Shown here in pieces: positions 17,284 through 28,100 of a stretch of DNA of 64,000 nt. Origin of the DNA: an uncultured Acidobacteriota bacterium (lineage in GTDB: Bacteria > Acidobacteriota > Thermoanaerobaculia > Multivoradales > UBA5704); the NCBI GenBank assembly GCA_963700145.1, contig OY969474.1, positions 2,752,001 to 2,816,000 on the forward strand, given 5' to 3'. The translations under genes were made by a program, and so were the position numbers. The first letter of the stretch is position 1, and every line of letters starts with the position of its first letter. The notes under the pieces were generated by a model. It made no database searches, had not been told where the DNA came from, and worked only from the letters and a program-made list of their open reading frames with translations.

Positions 17284-17898
17284 ATGACGCCACAGTTTCA
17301 ACAAGCAGTGAACTTCCATCGTAATCTTCCTGAGGACTTGTGGTTTGCGCTGGAGGGCTGCGGGATACCGTCCGCGCTCATCCACGCCCGTCTCATCGGG
17401 TGGGACGGAGAGGCAATCACCATCCCGGTCTTCTCGCGCGATCGAAAGGTCGTCGCCTTCGAGTACGCGAGCTTCGATGAGCAGGGCCGGCTCGCCTTGC
17501 TGCCTCAGGAGGGAGATCGCCTCTACCTCTACGGCGAGCCCGTCCTTAACCTCAATCCGCAGGAAGTTGTCCTGACAGAGGGAGTGGTCGAGAGCCTGCT
17601 CCTCTCCGGCCAGGGCTTCAATGCGATCTCGGCGACTGGAGACGGTTTGTCATTCCGGCCCGAGTGGGCGCCGGCACTCCGCAAAGTCCGGGAGTGCTTC
17701 ATCTGCTTCAAGCGCCACGCCGAGAGTATCGGCTCGGCGCTCATTGTCCGCGATCTCGTTCCAGAGGCGCGGATCGTGACGCTCCCGCCCGAGGTCGGTC
17801 ACGGCGGCGGGCTCTACGAGTTCTTCCTCGAACTGCAAGGGACGAAGGCGGACTTCCGGGCGCTCCTCAAACGGGCGGCCGATTCAACCGATGCCTGA
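17284..17898 (+). CDS. TOPRIM/primase-like protein
   Basis: ITIPVF, LYLYG, VVLTEGVVESLLL..G..AIS TOPRIM motif; acidic DxD degenerate. Confidence 0.75.
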   Translation: MTPQFQQAVNFHRNLPEDLWFALEGCGIPSALIHARLIGWDGEAITIPVFSRDRKVVAFEYASFDEQGRLALLPQEGDRLYLYGEPVLNLNPQEVVLTEGVVESLLLSGQGFNAISATGDGLSFRPEWAPALRKVRECFICFKRHAESIGSALIVRDLVPEARIVTLPPEVGHGGGLYEFFLELQGTKADFRALLKRAADSTDA

Positions 17899-19249
17899 CA
17901 ACGCCCCCAAGAGAACCCGGATACGGCCGGCTGTCTCCGCCATCTTGTCCTCCGGCGAGCTCCTCGAGACGGTGTATGACCCCGCCACGCCGGCGACAGG
18001 GTTTGTGGTCTTTGACGGCGCAGCGTGGCGAGTGGAGAAGCGAGTTGAGTTGCCCTCGGGAGTGAGCCTTGTCCCGTACTCGCCGGAGAACAACCTGCTG
18101 ACCCATCGGGTCGTGCTTCTCCCTTCTGCGCCGGAGGACTACGGCTCCGAGGAAGAGCTTCTCCTTGAAGTGCGCAAGTTCATCCACCGCTACGTCGACC
18201 TGGGCGAGCTGTTTGAGGAAGTCGCCGCCGCATACGTTCTCTTCACCTGGATCTACGACGCCTTCAACGAGGTGCCGTACCTGCGCGTGCGCGGCGACTA
18301 CGGCTCCGGCAAGTCCCGCTTTCTCCTCACCGTCGGCTCTCTCTGCTACAAGCCGATCTTCGCTTCGGGCGCCTCGACGGTCTCTCCCATCTTTCGCATC
18401 CTTGATGCGGTCCAAGGCACTCTCGTCATCGACGAAGGCGACTTCCGCGCCTCAGACGAGAAGGCCGACATCGTCAAGATTCTCAATAACGGCAACGCCC
18501 GCGGGTTCCCGGTGCTGCGAAGCGAACAGACACCGTCCAAGGAGTTCAACCCCCGGGCCTTTCACGTCTTCGGCCCCAAACTCATAGCGACTCGCAGCCT
18601 CTTCGACGATCGGGCGCTTGAGAGCCGCTGCCTCTCCGAGGACATGGGGATGCGGCCGCTGCGGAAGGACATCCCGATCAACCTGCCGGAGAGCTTTGAG
18701 GAAGAGGCCCGAACACTCCGCAACAAGCTCCTTCTGTACCGCCTCCAAACCCGCGGAAAGAGCCGAGACCTCACCGCGGCCCTGCCCGCAGGTCTTGAGC
18801 CGCGCCTGAGCCAGATCCTCGTACCACTGCTCTCGACCGTCTCAAGTGAAGAGACGCGAGAACGGCTCCTCTCGCTTGCCCGCCGATCAGGCCAGGCGCT
18901 TTCAGCCGAGCGCGCCATGGCGATCGAGGCCGAGGTGCTCGCGGTCCTGCACGAGCTCCGCGCGGAGGGTCTGCCGCTGTCGGTTTCCGAGATCACCAAG
19001 CGCTTTGCCGATCGCCACGCTGCCGAGTATGAGTACGTCGTGACGCCCCGCTGGATCGGCTCGGTCCTAAGGCGAAAGCTCATGCTCACCCCGCAGAAGC
19101 GCGGCGGCACCTTCGTCATCCCGGCTTCCGAGCACCCCAAACTCGCACGGCTCTTCGAGAAGTACAGCGTGCCTTCGGAGCAGGACATTGGGGACGTTGG
19201 GGATGTCCCACAGGATGACGGCGGCGAGAGCCTAAGCACGGAAACATAA
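17891..19249 (+). CDS. P-loop ATPase/helicase-like replication protein
   Basis: Walker A GDYGSGKS, Walker B LVIDEGD, ALESRC arginine finger, C-terminal winged helix. Confidence 0.8.
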   Translation: MPDNAPKRTRIRPAVSAILSSGELLETVYDPATPATGFVVFDGAAWRVEKRVELPSGVSLVPYSPENNLLTHRVVLLPSAPEDYGSEEELLLEVRKFIHRYVDLGELFEEVAAAYVLFTWIYDAFNEVPYLRVRGDYGSGKSRFLLTVGSLCYKPIFASGASTVSPIFRILDAVQGTLVIDEGDFRASDEKADIVKILNNGNARGFPVLRSEQTPSKEFNPRAFHVFGPKLIATRSLFDDRALESRCLSEDMGMRPLRKDIPINLPESFEEEARTLRNKLLLYRLQTRGKSRDLTAALPAGLEPRLSQILVPLLSTVSSEETRERLLSLARRSGQALSAERAMAIEAEVLAVLHELRAEGLPLSVSEITKRFADRHAAEYEYVVTPRWIGSVLRRKLMLTPQKRGGTFVIPASEHPKLARLFEKYSVPSEQDIGDVGDVPQDDGGESLSTET

Positions 19250-19300
19250 GGCTTCCCGGCCCGCCTGCCCCGTAGAACGTCCCCAACGTCCCCAACGTCC
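19183..19300. repeat. Inverted arrays of 9-bp repeats, putative replication origin iterons
   Basis: (ggggacgtt)x3 imperfect at 19183-19209 and (aacgtcccc)x3 at 19276-19300. Confidence 0.7.
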
Positions 19301-19352
19301 TATCTCCTCCTCCCAAAACCTGCCGACTCCGGCAGCTTTTTACGCCTTGCAT

Positions 19353-19367
19353 TTGACTTCATGTCAA
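19353..19367. promoter_or_regulatory. Palindromic operator/-35 upstream of XRE gene
   Basis: TTGAC-ttcat-GTCAA. Confidence 0.5.
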
Positions 19368-19380
19368 GTAAGTTGTCACG

Positions 19381-19761
19381 GTGGATATGACATTCACACC
19401 ATTACAAAACTATCTCCGTACCCACCGTAGGCGAAATCACCTGTCGCAGGACGAGGTTGCCTTCCTCATGGGGGTCGCGACCGGCAGTCGGGTCACGCGG
19501 CATGAAGGAAGCGACCGGATTCCCACGCTCCAGGTCGCGCTTGGCTACGAGTTGCTCTTTGGCGTGCCCATGCGGGAGCTCTTCACCGGCGAAGTGCACA
19601 AGGTCGAATCCATTATCAGAGAACGCTTACCCGAGCTGATCCGGCGTACCAAGGAAGAGAGCCCGGAAAATGTGCAGAAGCTCTCCTTTCTCCACGGTCT
19701 CGCTGGGCGGCTTGCAAGCCAAAATGAAAAGCATTCACGCAGTGAGGACGTTAGCGCTTGA
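19381..19761 (+). CDS. XRE-family HTH regulator
   Basis: NYLRTHRRRNHLSQDEVAFLMG..VTRHEG..RIPTL. Confidence 0.88.
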   Translation: MDMTFTPLQNYLRTHRRRNHLSQDEVAFLMGVATGSRVTRHEGSDRIPTLQVALGYELLFGVPMRELFTGEVHKVESIIRERLPELIRRTKEESPENVQKLSFLHGLAGRLASQNEKHSRSEDVSA

Positions 19762-20218
19762 CTCCACGACTCCCGGCTTTGCGTTTGCGGCGCTTGAAGG
19801 AAGCGGGCACCTGGTTGACTGGGGGCTGGTGCACATGGCGGTGCAAGACGCCGGGGCATACCGAAGCCGGATCGAGAAGCTCCTGGACCGGGTGAACCCA
19901 CAGGTCCTCGTCGTCGAAGACATGAGTGACTCCCGACGCAGCGGCCGAGCACCCAGGCGCGCGGACATTGCAGAGAAGTGCGCAAGAACCCGCGGCATTG
20001 CGGTAAAGAGAGTCAGTCGCGCCGACGTCAAGCAGATGTTTGCCGCGTCAGGAACGACCAAATGGGAGATCGCAGCTGCGGTCTCACGCTTCTTTCCTGA
20101 GCTTTCGCCGAGCCTCCCGAAGAAGCGGCGAATCTGGGAGACCGAGGACCGGCGCATGGCAATCTTCAGCGCAGCATCGTTTGCCCTCACGTTCCTGCGA
20201 ACACGAGAAGTGGAGTAG
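19724..20218 (+). CDS. RuvC/RNase H-fold protein
   Basis: LALD..GFAFAALE, PQVLVVED, TKWEIA; last acidic residue appears lost. Confidence 0.65.
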   Translation: MKSIHAVRTLALDSTTPGFAFAALEGSGHLVDWGLVHMAVQDAGAYRSRIEKLLDRVNPQVLVVEDMSDSRRSGRAPRRADIAEKCARTRGIAVKRVSRADVKQMFAASGTTKWEIAAAVSRFFPELSPSLPKKRRIWETEDRRMAIFSAASFALTFLRTREVE

Positions 20219-20359
20219 AGGTAGGTAGCGTACGGTGGATTTGACTAGGTGTCCTTACGGAGAGGGCACACACGCTTTCCCGCGAAGAACGGGGGAGCTT
20301 TGGCGTGCGTCAGAAAAGGACGCCTTGGAAGGAGAGGGGCAGTCCATCACGATGGGCGG

Positions 20360-21559
20360 ATGCACTCCGAGGACCGCATCACGTACTTCGCCCGCACCAA
20401 CCACCGCAACACGCGGAGGCTCTTTGGCATTCGCAGGCGCGATCGGCTCATGCACCTCTACACCATCGGCCGAACCGGCACGGGAAAGTCCACGCTTCTG
20501 AAGACCCTCATCCTCCAGGATCTTGAGGCCGGCGAGGGCCTGGCGCTCTTTGATCCGCACGGGGACCTGGTGGAGGAGGTGGTGGAGCTCGTGCCCACCG
20601 CTCGGCGGAAGGACCTTCTCTACCTCAACGTCCCGGACAGCCGCTGCCGCTTCTCGTTCAATCCCTTCGCCGGCGTTCCTGCCGGCAAGCGAGCGCTCGC
20701 GGCCGCCGGCATGGTCGAGGTCTTTAAGAAGCTCTGGCCGGACGACTGGGGACCGCGGCTCGAACACCTGCTCCGAAACACCGTCTTCACGCTCCTCGAG
20801 ACGCCGGGAGCCAGCCTTGCCGATATCCCGCGTCTCCTTGCCGACCGGGAGTACCGCCGAGAGGTGGTCGCCGGCGTCACCAACCAAGAGGTCCGCGCCT
20901 TCTGGCGCGACGAGTACGAGCGCTACAGTCCTGGCATGCGGGGAGTGGTGGTGGCGCCCCTGCAGAACAAGGTCGGAGCGTTCCTGACCGACCCGCGGCT
21001 GCGGGAAATCCTCGGGGCCGAGGAGTCGAGCTTCGATCTACGCGAGATCATGGATGAGGGCAAGATACTGCTGGTCAATCTCGCCCGCGGGCGGATCGGC
21101 GAGGGGCCGGCGGCGCTCCTGGGATCGCTCCTCGTCTCCTGCCTGAGCCTTGCGGCCTTCGGCAGAGAAGAGCAGCCGCAGGAAGAGCGCCGCGACTTCT
21201 ACCTTTACCTCGACGAGTTCCACACCTTCGCCACTCTGACCCTGGCGACCATGCTCTCCGAGCTGCGGAAGTACCGGGTGGGACTTGTGCTAGCCCACCA
21301 GTACCTCTCCCAGCTTGAGACGGAGGTCCGGGATGCGGTCTTCGGGAACGTGGGGACGTTCGTCAGCTTCCGGGTGGGAGCGCTCGACGCGCCGACGATC
21401 GCCCGGGAGCTCGCGCCGACGTTTGAGTCTGAGGACCTGATCTCCCTGCCTAACTACCGCATCTACCTGCGGCTAATGATCCGAGGAGAGCCGAGCAAGC
21501 CATTCAGCGCCACGACCACCCACGAGAAGCTGTTGACGCCGGCGGCGGCGCCCGGTTAG
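20360..21559 (+). CDS. VirD4/TraD/HerA-like ATPase (T4SS DNA-binding domain protein)
   Basis: GRTGTGKS, DPHGDL, LYLDEFH, ELRKYRVGLVLAHQYLSQL. Confidence 0.92.
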   Translation: MHSEDRITYFARTNHRNTRRLFGIRRRDRLMHLYTIGRTGTGKSTLLKTLILQDLEAGEGLALFDPHGDLVEEVVELVPTARRKDLLYLNVPDSRCRFSFNPFAGVPAGKRALAAAGMVEVFKKLWPDDWGPRLEHLLRNTVFTLLETPGASLADIPRLLADREYRREVVAGVTNQEVRAFWRDEYERYSPGMRGVVVAPLQNKVGAFLTDPRLREILGAEESSFDLREIMDEGKILLVNLARGRIGEGPAALLGSLLVSCLSLAAFGREEQPQEERRDFYLYLDEFHTFATLTLATMLSELRKYRVGLVLAHQYLSQLETEVRDAVFGNVGTFVSFRVGALDAPTIARELAPTFESEDLISLPNYRIYLRLMIRGEPSKPFSATTTHEKLLTPAAAPG

Positions 21560-21827
21560 GCTTTCGCCAACTTAGGTAAGGTTGAGCTGGGCATAGAGGG
21601 AGGGGTCTTCCGGTTGAGAGTAGCTATGCAGCTCAAAGAAGGGAACCAGCCATCTGTGCCGCGCCGCGTCGGCACCGGCTCCAGAGGGCCGTACCTGCGA
21701 TGGTCAGTCGGTTCCCGTACACCTTGCTCCCGGGTCCCAGTTTCCCCCTCTCAGTCCACCCGCCGCCACCACCTGACACAAGTACTCAGCGCGTAACCTG
21801 ATGACTCGATACACCAATAATTCCACC

Positions 21828-21855
21828 TTGACGTCGCAAGAGCGAGGTATATCAT
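21828..21855 (+). promoter_or_regulatory. Sigma70-like promoter of cargo operon
   Basis: TTGACG-16 bp-TATCAT followed by ggaga and ATG 21863. Confidence 0.45.
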
Positions 21856-21862
21856 GGAGACA

Positions 21863-22729
21863 ATGGCAACAAACCCAGTCGAGCTCCATCCTGTACCGGC
21901 GAAATATGCAGTCATGCGCCAGAAATGCGAACAACATCTTCAACAAGCCAAGGAGTCGCCGCTCTATGATCGTCTAGTCCTCCCCTTGGCAAAAAGGTGG
22001 GGCTACTCCTCCTCATATGTGGAGGATGCGTTCAAGAAATACAATCTTGAGATCAATGACTATGGCAATGATATTTACTCCGGCCTACCTTCTCGGTTCG
22101 CGCTGCTCCTGAACTACCTCCTCGACGAAGGTTGGTTCGCGGAGCGTCTTGCCTACTACGAGAGGGTCGCCGCGCCATTCTCGACCATCATTGATGTCGG
22201 GTTCGGCATCCCCTTGCTGCACCTACAATGGCTGAAAACGTTCGCCGTTCCGGTTGATTTGAAGCATCTCCTGCTCCTTGACAAGTTTCCTATCGCTCAT
22301 GATTTCGCGCAGGGCTTCATTGATGTTGCCGAGGCCACATCTCCAACGCTCCGCGATGTGGTAACATGCGACTACTCCTCAGTCGACCTTGATAAGGCAG
22401 AGAGGCATCTCCATCTCGCACCTCACACGAATGGCCACTCTTTGGTTGTAGCTCTTGACTGTATCGAGCATGCCCGAGACCCCCACGCTGCCCTCTCAGG
22501 TCTTGCGGCCACCTATGCTGGGTGTGAATTCTTAATCGCCCTTCCTCTCGGTCCGATAATTCCTCAGCACACCGTTGAGTTCCTCTCTGAAGACGAGATC
22601 ACCGCCTTCGTCTCCAAGGCGTCCCTCACGGTAGAAAGCTCGTATCTTGTACGGACCTCATGGGCGCGCGATGTGATCGGCAATGAGGATTTCGAGGGAT
22701 CGGTGTTTGTCCGAGCGAAGGCGACTTAG
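21863..22729 (+). CDS. Class I SAM-dependent methyltransferase-like protein
   Basis: IIDVGFG motif I; VALDCIEHARDP motif. Confidence 0.65.
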   Translation: MATNPVELHPVPAKYAVMRQKCEQHLQQAKESPLYDRLVLPLAKRWGYSSSYVEDAFKKYNLEINDYGNDIYSGLPSRFALLLNYLLDEGWFAERLAYYERVAAPFSTIIDVGFGIPLLHLQWLKTFAVPVDLKHLLLLDKFPIAHDFAQGFIDVAEATSPTLRDVVTCDYSSVDLDKAERHLHLAPHTNGHSLVVALDCIEHARDPHAALSGLAATYAGCEFLIALPLGPIIPQHTVEFLSEDEITAFVSKASLTVESSYLVRTSWARDVIGNEDFEGSVFVRAKAT

Positions 22730-22750
22730 AACGATATCACGGAGCTCACC

Positions 22751-23446
22751 ATGACGACCAACCACTCTCGGTACCTGGATACTCTTACAGCACTCTTTGC
22801 GGCCTTCGCTATCATCTCTGGGGTTGTTGCCGGCAAGATTTTCATTATCGGCGGCGTGTCGCTGCCCGGTTCAGCCGTGATTTTTCCGATGACTTACATC
22901 TTCGGCGACATCCTGACCGAAGTCTATGGGTTTCAAAGGTCGAGACGGGTTATTTGGATCGGGCTGCTCTGCTCCATGCTTGCTAGCATCATTTTCGGAA
23001 TCGTTGCCTTGCTTCCTCCGGCGCCCGGCTTCGATGCAAATGCTGCGTTCGTAAGGGTACTTGGCCAGGTGCCGAGAATTGCCGTCGCCGGGTGGATAGC
23101 TTTCTTCCTCGGTGAGATGTCAAACTCGGTCATACTATCACTCATGAAAAAGGCTACGCGCGGCAGATTCCTATGGATGCGAACGATCGGTTCGACCATG
23201 GTTGGTGAATTGATTGACACTGGACTGTTTTTTACCCTCGCCTTTTGGGGCGTGCTGCCGACCAGTCTAATACTGAACACAATTTGGGGACTCTATCTCT
23301 GGAAAGTTGTGGTGGAGGTAGTCCTTACCCCGGCGACCTATTGGGTGATTAGACACTTGAAGATGGTAGATCAAAGCGATGTTTACGATTATGGCGAGAG
23401 GTACAACCCTTTTCGATTTGGGACAACACGGCGGCCATCCGAGTAA
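22751..23446 (+). CDS. yhhQ: Queuosine precursor (preQ0/preQ1) transporter, VUT family
   Basis: FPMTYIFGDILTEVYG..SRRVIWIG, RTIGSTMVGELIDT..F, YNPF end. Confidence 0.92.
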   Translation: MTTNHSRYLDTLTALFAAFAIISGVVAGKIFIIGGVSLPGSAVIFPMTYIFGDILTEVYGFQRSRRVIWIGLLCSMLASIIFGIVALLPPAPGFDANAAFVRVLGQVPRIAVAGWIAFFLGEMSNSVILSLMKKATRGRFLWMRTIGSTMVGELIDTGLFFTLAFWGVLPTSLILNTIWGLYLWKVVVEVVLTPATYWVIRHLKMVDQSDVYDYGERYNPFRFGTTRRPSE

Positions 23447-23507
23447 GTCCCCCTTCGCTGAGCGCTTCTCGGCGATTTTGAGAATGATTTAGGGAGGTTC
23501 GTTCCCC

Positions 23508-24407
23508 ATGAGTGGACGCACGAGTGGAAATTGGAGGCTACAGCCGCTACGGCTAGCCGAGCTTGTCTATTACAGCCTCTTCATACACGCCATTGCGATT
23601 CATTTCTTTGGTGACGGCCTACGAGTCGTTGGTAGCGGCATCCAGTTTGATAAACTGACTGCTGCGCCCGATCAAATCATAGCGCGATCCTTGTGGGCTC
23701 TCTGCTTTCTATGCATACTCGGATTTGCTGCCTTTCAATTCGTTCGCGTGTATGCTCGAATCGGAGTTGACGATGAGACCATAGCGGAGGCCTATCCGGC
23801 ACTCAAGAATGACGACTTCAATGACGGCGCTTATTATCGGAGGTTCGGTCGCCTTATCGACTGGCTGTTGCGCTGCTTGGCGTTGGTGGTTCTACTGGAC
23901 ATTGAGCACCGCTCCGTTGCGCGCCTGACGACGCCACAGCCGGATACTTTCCAGGAGTTTTGGAAGCTATGGGTATTGGACATTGGTAGCCTATATTTCG
24001 TCCTGGGTATGTATAGCCTCCTGATTGCACTACCTCGGTGGCGCAAATCCCAGAACAAGGCAGCGAGTTCGCAGGCGGGTGGCTGGTTTATTACAGATCT
24101 TCTAATGATTGCCACCTGGGCGCTTTTCGGGATTGGATTGTGGTTCGCGGCGCATGCAGTGCTCGTTCCACTCGTATGCGGTGTAGGATGCATGGTCCTT
24201 ATGTTTTTTGTCTGGAGGACGGAACGAGGTAGACCTCTCCTAGAGCCGTCACTGAGGTATCTGCAGCAATATTCGATCGGGAAGAGCATGTTGTCCGTGA
24301 GTTTGATCATCGTGGTTTTTGAGACTCTGGAGTACGCCGGTGGTGCTGGGCATGTCTTTGGAAGGGGTGTGGACCTCGTAAGAGCGGTGGGTAGCACTCT
24401 CTTCTAG
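23508..24407 (+). CDS. Multi-pass membrane protein
   Basis: About six or seven hydrophobic segments; RBS gggagg. Confidence 0.7.
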   Translation: MSGRTSGNWRLQPLRLAELVYYSLFIHAIAIHFFGDGLRVVGSGIQFDKLTAAPDQIIARSLWALCFLCILGFAAFQFVRVYARIGVDDETIAEAYPALKNDDFNDGAYYRRFGRLIDWLLRCLALVVLLDIEHRSVARLTTPQPDTFQEFWKLWVLDIGSLYFVLGMYSLLIALPRWRKSQNKAASSQAGGWFITDLLMIATWALFGIGLWFAAHAVLVPLVCGVGCMVLMFFVWRTERGRPLLEPSLRYLQQYSIGKSMLSVSLIIVVFETLEYAGGAGHVFGRGVDLVRAVGSTLF

Positions 24408-24501
24408 TTGGTGTTCGCGAATGCGCTGCCATGGCGGGCGGGCCTGTCGTTTGATTCATTGCGGTCACAGGTAGTGGAGTTTAGACTGGGGGAGAGTAAA
24501 A

Positions 24502-25194
24502 GTGGCAAATGCCGCTGATAGAGTAGTCATCTCGCACTGGCACACCCTCTTCGAGGAGTTCTCGACCTCGACACAGGAGTTCTACCGAGCCGTGGAAGCG
24601 GCGGTCCAGCAGCGTAACCTTCCTGAAGTGACGCTCTCGCGAGTACTCTTTAGAGAAGGCGGGATCGCCACGGCAGAACGCGAGTACCTCCGGGTGCAGC
24701 GCAAGCGCATCGCCTTCGACATCTGCTCGGCACCGTACGGACGCGGTCACTTTTTTTCCTGGTGGCTCGCTCGGATTCCGCCACAGTATGGCCTGTTTGC
24801 CGCAATGGGCGTCTTCTTCGTGGCGATGGGCCTCACTTGGATACTGCACCTCATTCTTTCCCCGCTGCTGCCGAGCGATAGTTTCGCTGCTATCGCGGTG
24901 AGAGTGATATTCCCACTCGTCCTGTACCTCCTGGTCCTCCTGGTCATGGGGTATTTCGTCGAGCAAGGAACGCTTGGGGACGAGGAGTGGGTGATGTCGC
25001 TGCCAATCGTGGGCCGGCTCTACGTCCTTGTCTTCAATCCCTTGACCTACTACCGCCAGGACACGGCGATGATGTTTCGCGATTCGATCCGGTCAGCGGT
25101 GAACGAGGTCATCGACGGACTTCTTTCTGGCCAGGGCTTGCGCGCTTTGACGGAGGACCAGAAGCTCCCGGGCATCCGTGACCTTGCCGGTTAA
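24502..25194 (+). CDS. Two-TM membrane protein of the element
   Basis: SHWHTLFE..FY, EGG..AEREYL, TYYRQDTAMMF; directly precedes large ATPase. Confidence 0.8.
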   Translation: MANAADRVVISHWHTLFEEFSTSTQEFYRAVEAAVQQRNLPEVTLSRVLFREGGIATAEREYLRVQRKRIAFDICSAPYGRGHFFSWWLARIPPQYGLFAAMGVFFVAMGLTWILHLILSPLLPSDSFAAIAVRVIFPLVLYLLVLLVMGYFVEQGTLGDEEWVMSLPIVGRLYVLVFNPLTYYRQDTAMMFRDSIRSAVNEVIDGLLSGQGLRALTEDQKLPGIRDLAG

Positions 25195-25199
25195 CCGGC

Positions 25200-28100
25200 A
25201 TGCTCATTGACTCGCGGACGGTCGAGCTCACCCGACGCTTCTACGAATGGGAGCTGCGGGGACGCGGCTGGGCGACCTACCCGTACCCGGTGGCGCTCGA
25301 GCCGCCGTTCCAGCCGTTCTTCTCCCACCACATCTCGACCGTCGTCGTCGACGACGGCAGGCGACACTCGCGGCTCTCCTCCCTCATCGAGAGACTTCAG
25401 GGCGTTCAGGAGGCGCCAAGAGATTTGCCTGCGGCGCTCCCGGAACCGCAGACCGCGGCCGACCTCCGGTTCGACGAGACCGCTCTCGCCGAGTTCGTGG
25501 TCGCCTTGCCTGAAGGCACCCGCGTCGCACGAGGTGCGCTTCTCGGCTTTCTGCGAGCGCTCGCAAGCGTAGGGCGGCGGATCGCGTTCGAGCTGCTCGG
25601 AGGGGACAAACGCGTCGAGGTCCGCCTCGCCATGGCGCGGGACGACGCCCCGCACGTGCTCGGCCAGCTCAGGGCCGCCTTTCCTGCGGCCGTCGTGGTC
25701 GGCGCCGGCGAGTCGCTGCGGGAGAAGTGGAACAAGGACGAAGGCGCCTTTGTCGCGATCGAATTTGGCCTCGCCTGCGAGTTCATGGTGCCGCTCTCGG
25801 GTCGCACCTCCGACGAACCTCTCCTGCCCCTCATTGCGGCCCTCGCCGATGTAGAGGCCGGTGAGCTTGGCCTCGTTCAGGTGCTCTTCGAAGAGACGCG
25901 CGAGCCCTGGGCGGCGAGCATCCTGCGCTCCGTGGTGACGCACACGGGTCAACCATTCTTCGCCGACGCGCCGGAAGTCACAGCCCTTGCCAAGGAGAAG
26001 ATCGCATCGCCGCTCTTCGCCGTCGCCCTTAGAATCGCGGGCGCAGCTCCACGCGGCGACCGGGCCTGGGACATTGTCCGTCGACTCGCCGGCGGCCTGG
26101 CGCAGTTCGGCAGTCCGCGGACGAACGAGTTCATGCCCTTGCCTCCCTCCAACCCGGAAGTCCTTGCCGAAAATCTCCTCAACCGGACGACCCACCGACC
26201 TGGAATGCTCCTCTCGGCCGAGGAGCTCCTGTCGCTGATTCAGCTCCCCGGCGCCGGCGTCCAAGTGCCGGAGCTCTGGCGAGGAGGGCAGAGATCGAAG
26301 CGGGCGCCGGCGGAAGTCAGCGGTCCCGGCTGCCTCTTGGGCCGCAATGAGCACGCCGGGGAGAGCGTGGAAGTGCGGCTTCCGGTCGACGCGAAGACCA
26401 AGCATGTCCACGTGGTGGGCGGCTCCGGCACCGGCAAGTCGACGCTTCTCGTCCGCATGATCCTTGAGGACATCGAGGCCGGGCATGGGATCGGGGTCCT
26501 TGACCCTCATGGCGACCTCGTCGACGAGGTGGCCGCGCGGGTACCCGACTCGCGCCTCGACGACGTCGTCCTCTTCGATCCCAGCAACGAGGAGACGGCG
26601 GTCGGCTGGAACATCCTTCGCGCGCAGTCGGAGAGCGAGAAGGACCTTCTCTCCTCCGACCTCGTGGGCGTCTTCCGCCGCCTCTCGACGTCCTGGGGAG
26701 ACCAGATGACGGCGGTCCTCGGCAACGCCATCTTGGTCTTCCTTGAGAGTGAGCGCGGGGGAACGCTCCCCGACCTCCGCCGCTTCTTGATCGACGAGAG
26801 CTTCCGGAGGGAGATGCTCGGCACGGTCACCGATCCCTACATCCGGTCCTTCTGGCAGACGGAGTTCCCGCTTCTCGTGGGCAAGCGGCCGCAGGCGCCC
26901 ATCCTCACGCGGCTCGACAGCTTCCTGCGCTCGAAGCTCGTGCGCCGCGTGGTGACGGCAGCGGAGCCCACGCTCGACTTCCGGAAGCTCACGGACAGCG
27001 GGATGATCTTCCTCGGCAAGCTCGCCGCCGGCGCGATCGGCGAGGAGAACGCGGCACTTCTGGGATCGCTCCTGGTCTCGAAGTTCCACCAGGTGACGCT
27101 CGGGCGCGAGGCGCAGGCGATCGAGGCGCGGCGGCCGTTCTTCCTCTACATCGACGAGTTCCACCACGTCGCGACCCCCTCGATGGCGTCGCTCTTCTCC
27201 GGCGCGAGGAAGTACCGGCTGGGTCTGACGGTCGCCCATCAGGACCTCTACCAGCTCCACCACTCGATCCCTGAAGTGGAGCGCGCGCTCCTCGGAAACG
27301 CCTACACGCGCATCTGCTTCCGGGTCGGTGAGGACGATGCCCGAGCGCTCGAACGCGGCTTCAGCTTCTTCACGGCCGAAGACCTCATGAGGCTGGGCCT
27401 CGGCGAGGCGATCTGCCGCGTGGGCGGTCGCGACCGGGACTTCAACCTCTCGGTCGAGCGCTTGCCGGCTCTCGACCCTGCCGAGGCGCTCGGGCGGCGA
27501 CAGGCCCTGCGCGACCACTCGGCCCGGCGCTTCGCGCGACGACCCGTCGAAGCCCCGACGATGGGAGACGCGCCAGCGCCTGAGGCGGTGACGGCTCCCC
27601 GGAGTCTCGACGCGCCCGAGGTCGCTCCCGCCCCAACGCCGATTCGGGGAGAGGCGGTTGCGGAGCAAGTGAGCCGAGTGGAGCGCGAGCCGCCCATAGA
27701 TAAGCTCACACTCGATTACCTGACCCTCGTCGCGTCCTCCCCGTTCCTCACCGTGCGGGAGCGCAACCGCGCGCTTGGCCTAAGCGCCTGGCGAGGGCAG
27801 CGCTTGAAGAGCGCGATCCTGCGGGACGCTCTCGCGCAAGAGGTGGTGGTGAACCCCGGCGGCCGCGGCGAACGCTTCAAGCTCCTCGACCTCACCGCGG
27901 AGGGCCGCACCCTCCTTGCGCGCTACGGAGTGTCTCTCTCCGGGGGTCACGGCCGCGGCGGGCTTGCGCATCAGTGGTGGGCGCAGAAGATCGCCGCATG
28001 GCTTGCCGAGCGCGGGATGGATGCCAGGATCGAGGACCCCTCCTCCGGCGCGCGGGTGGACCTCACCTTCCCGCTTGAGGGCGGGAGCGTTGCCGTCGAG

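Noticed and set aside
21600-22750. preQ1 riboswitch for yhhQ
   Set aside because: No recognisable preQ1 stem with A-rich tail; the putative promoter leaves almost no leader
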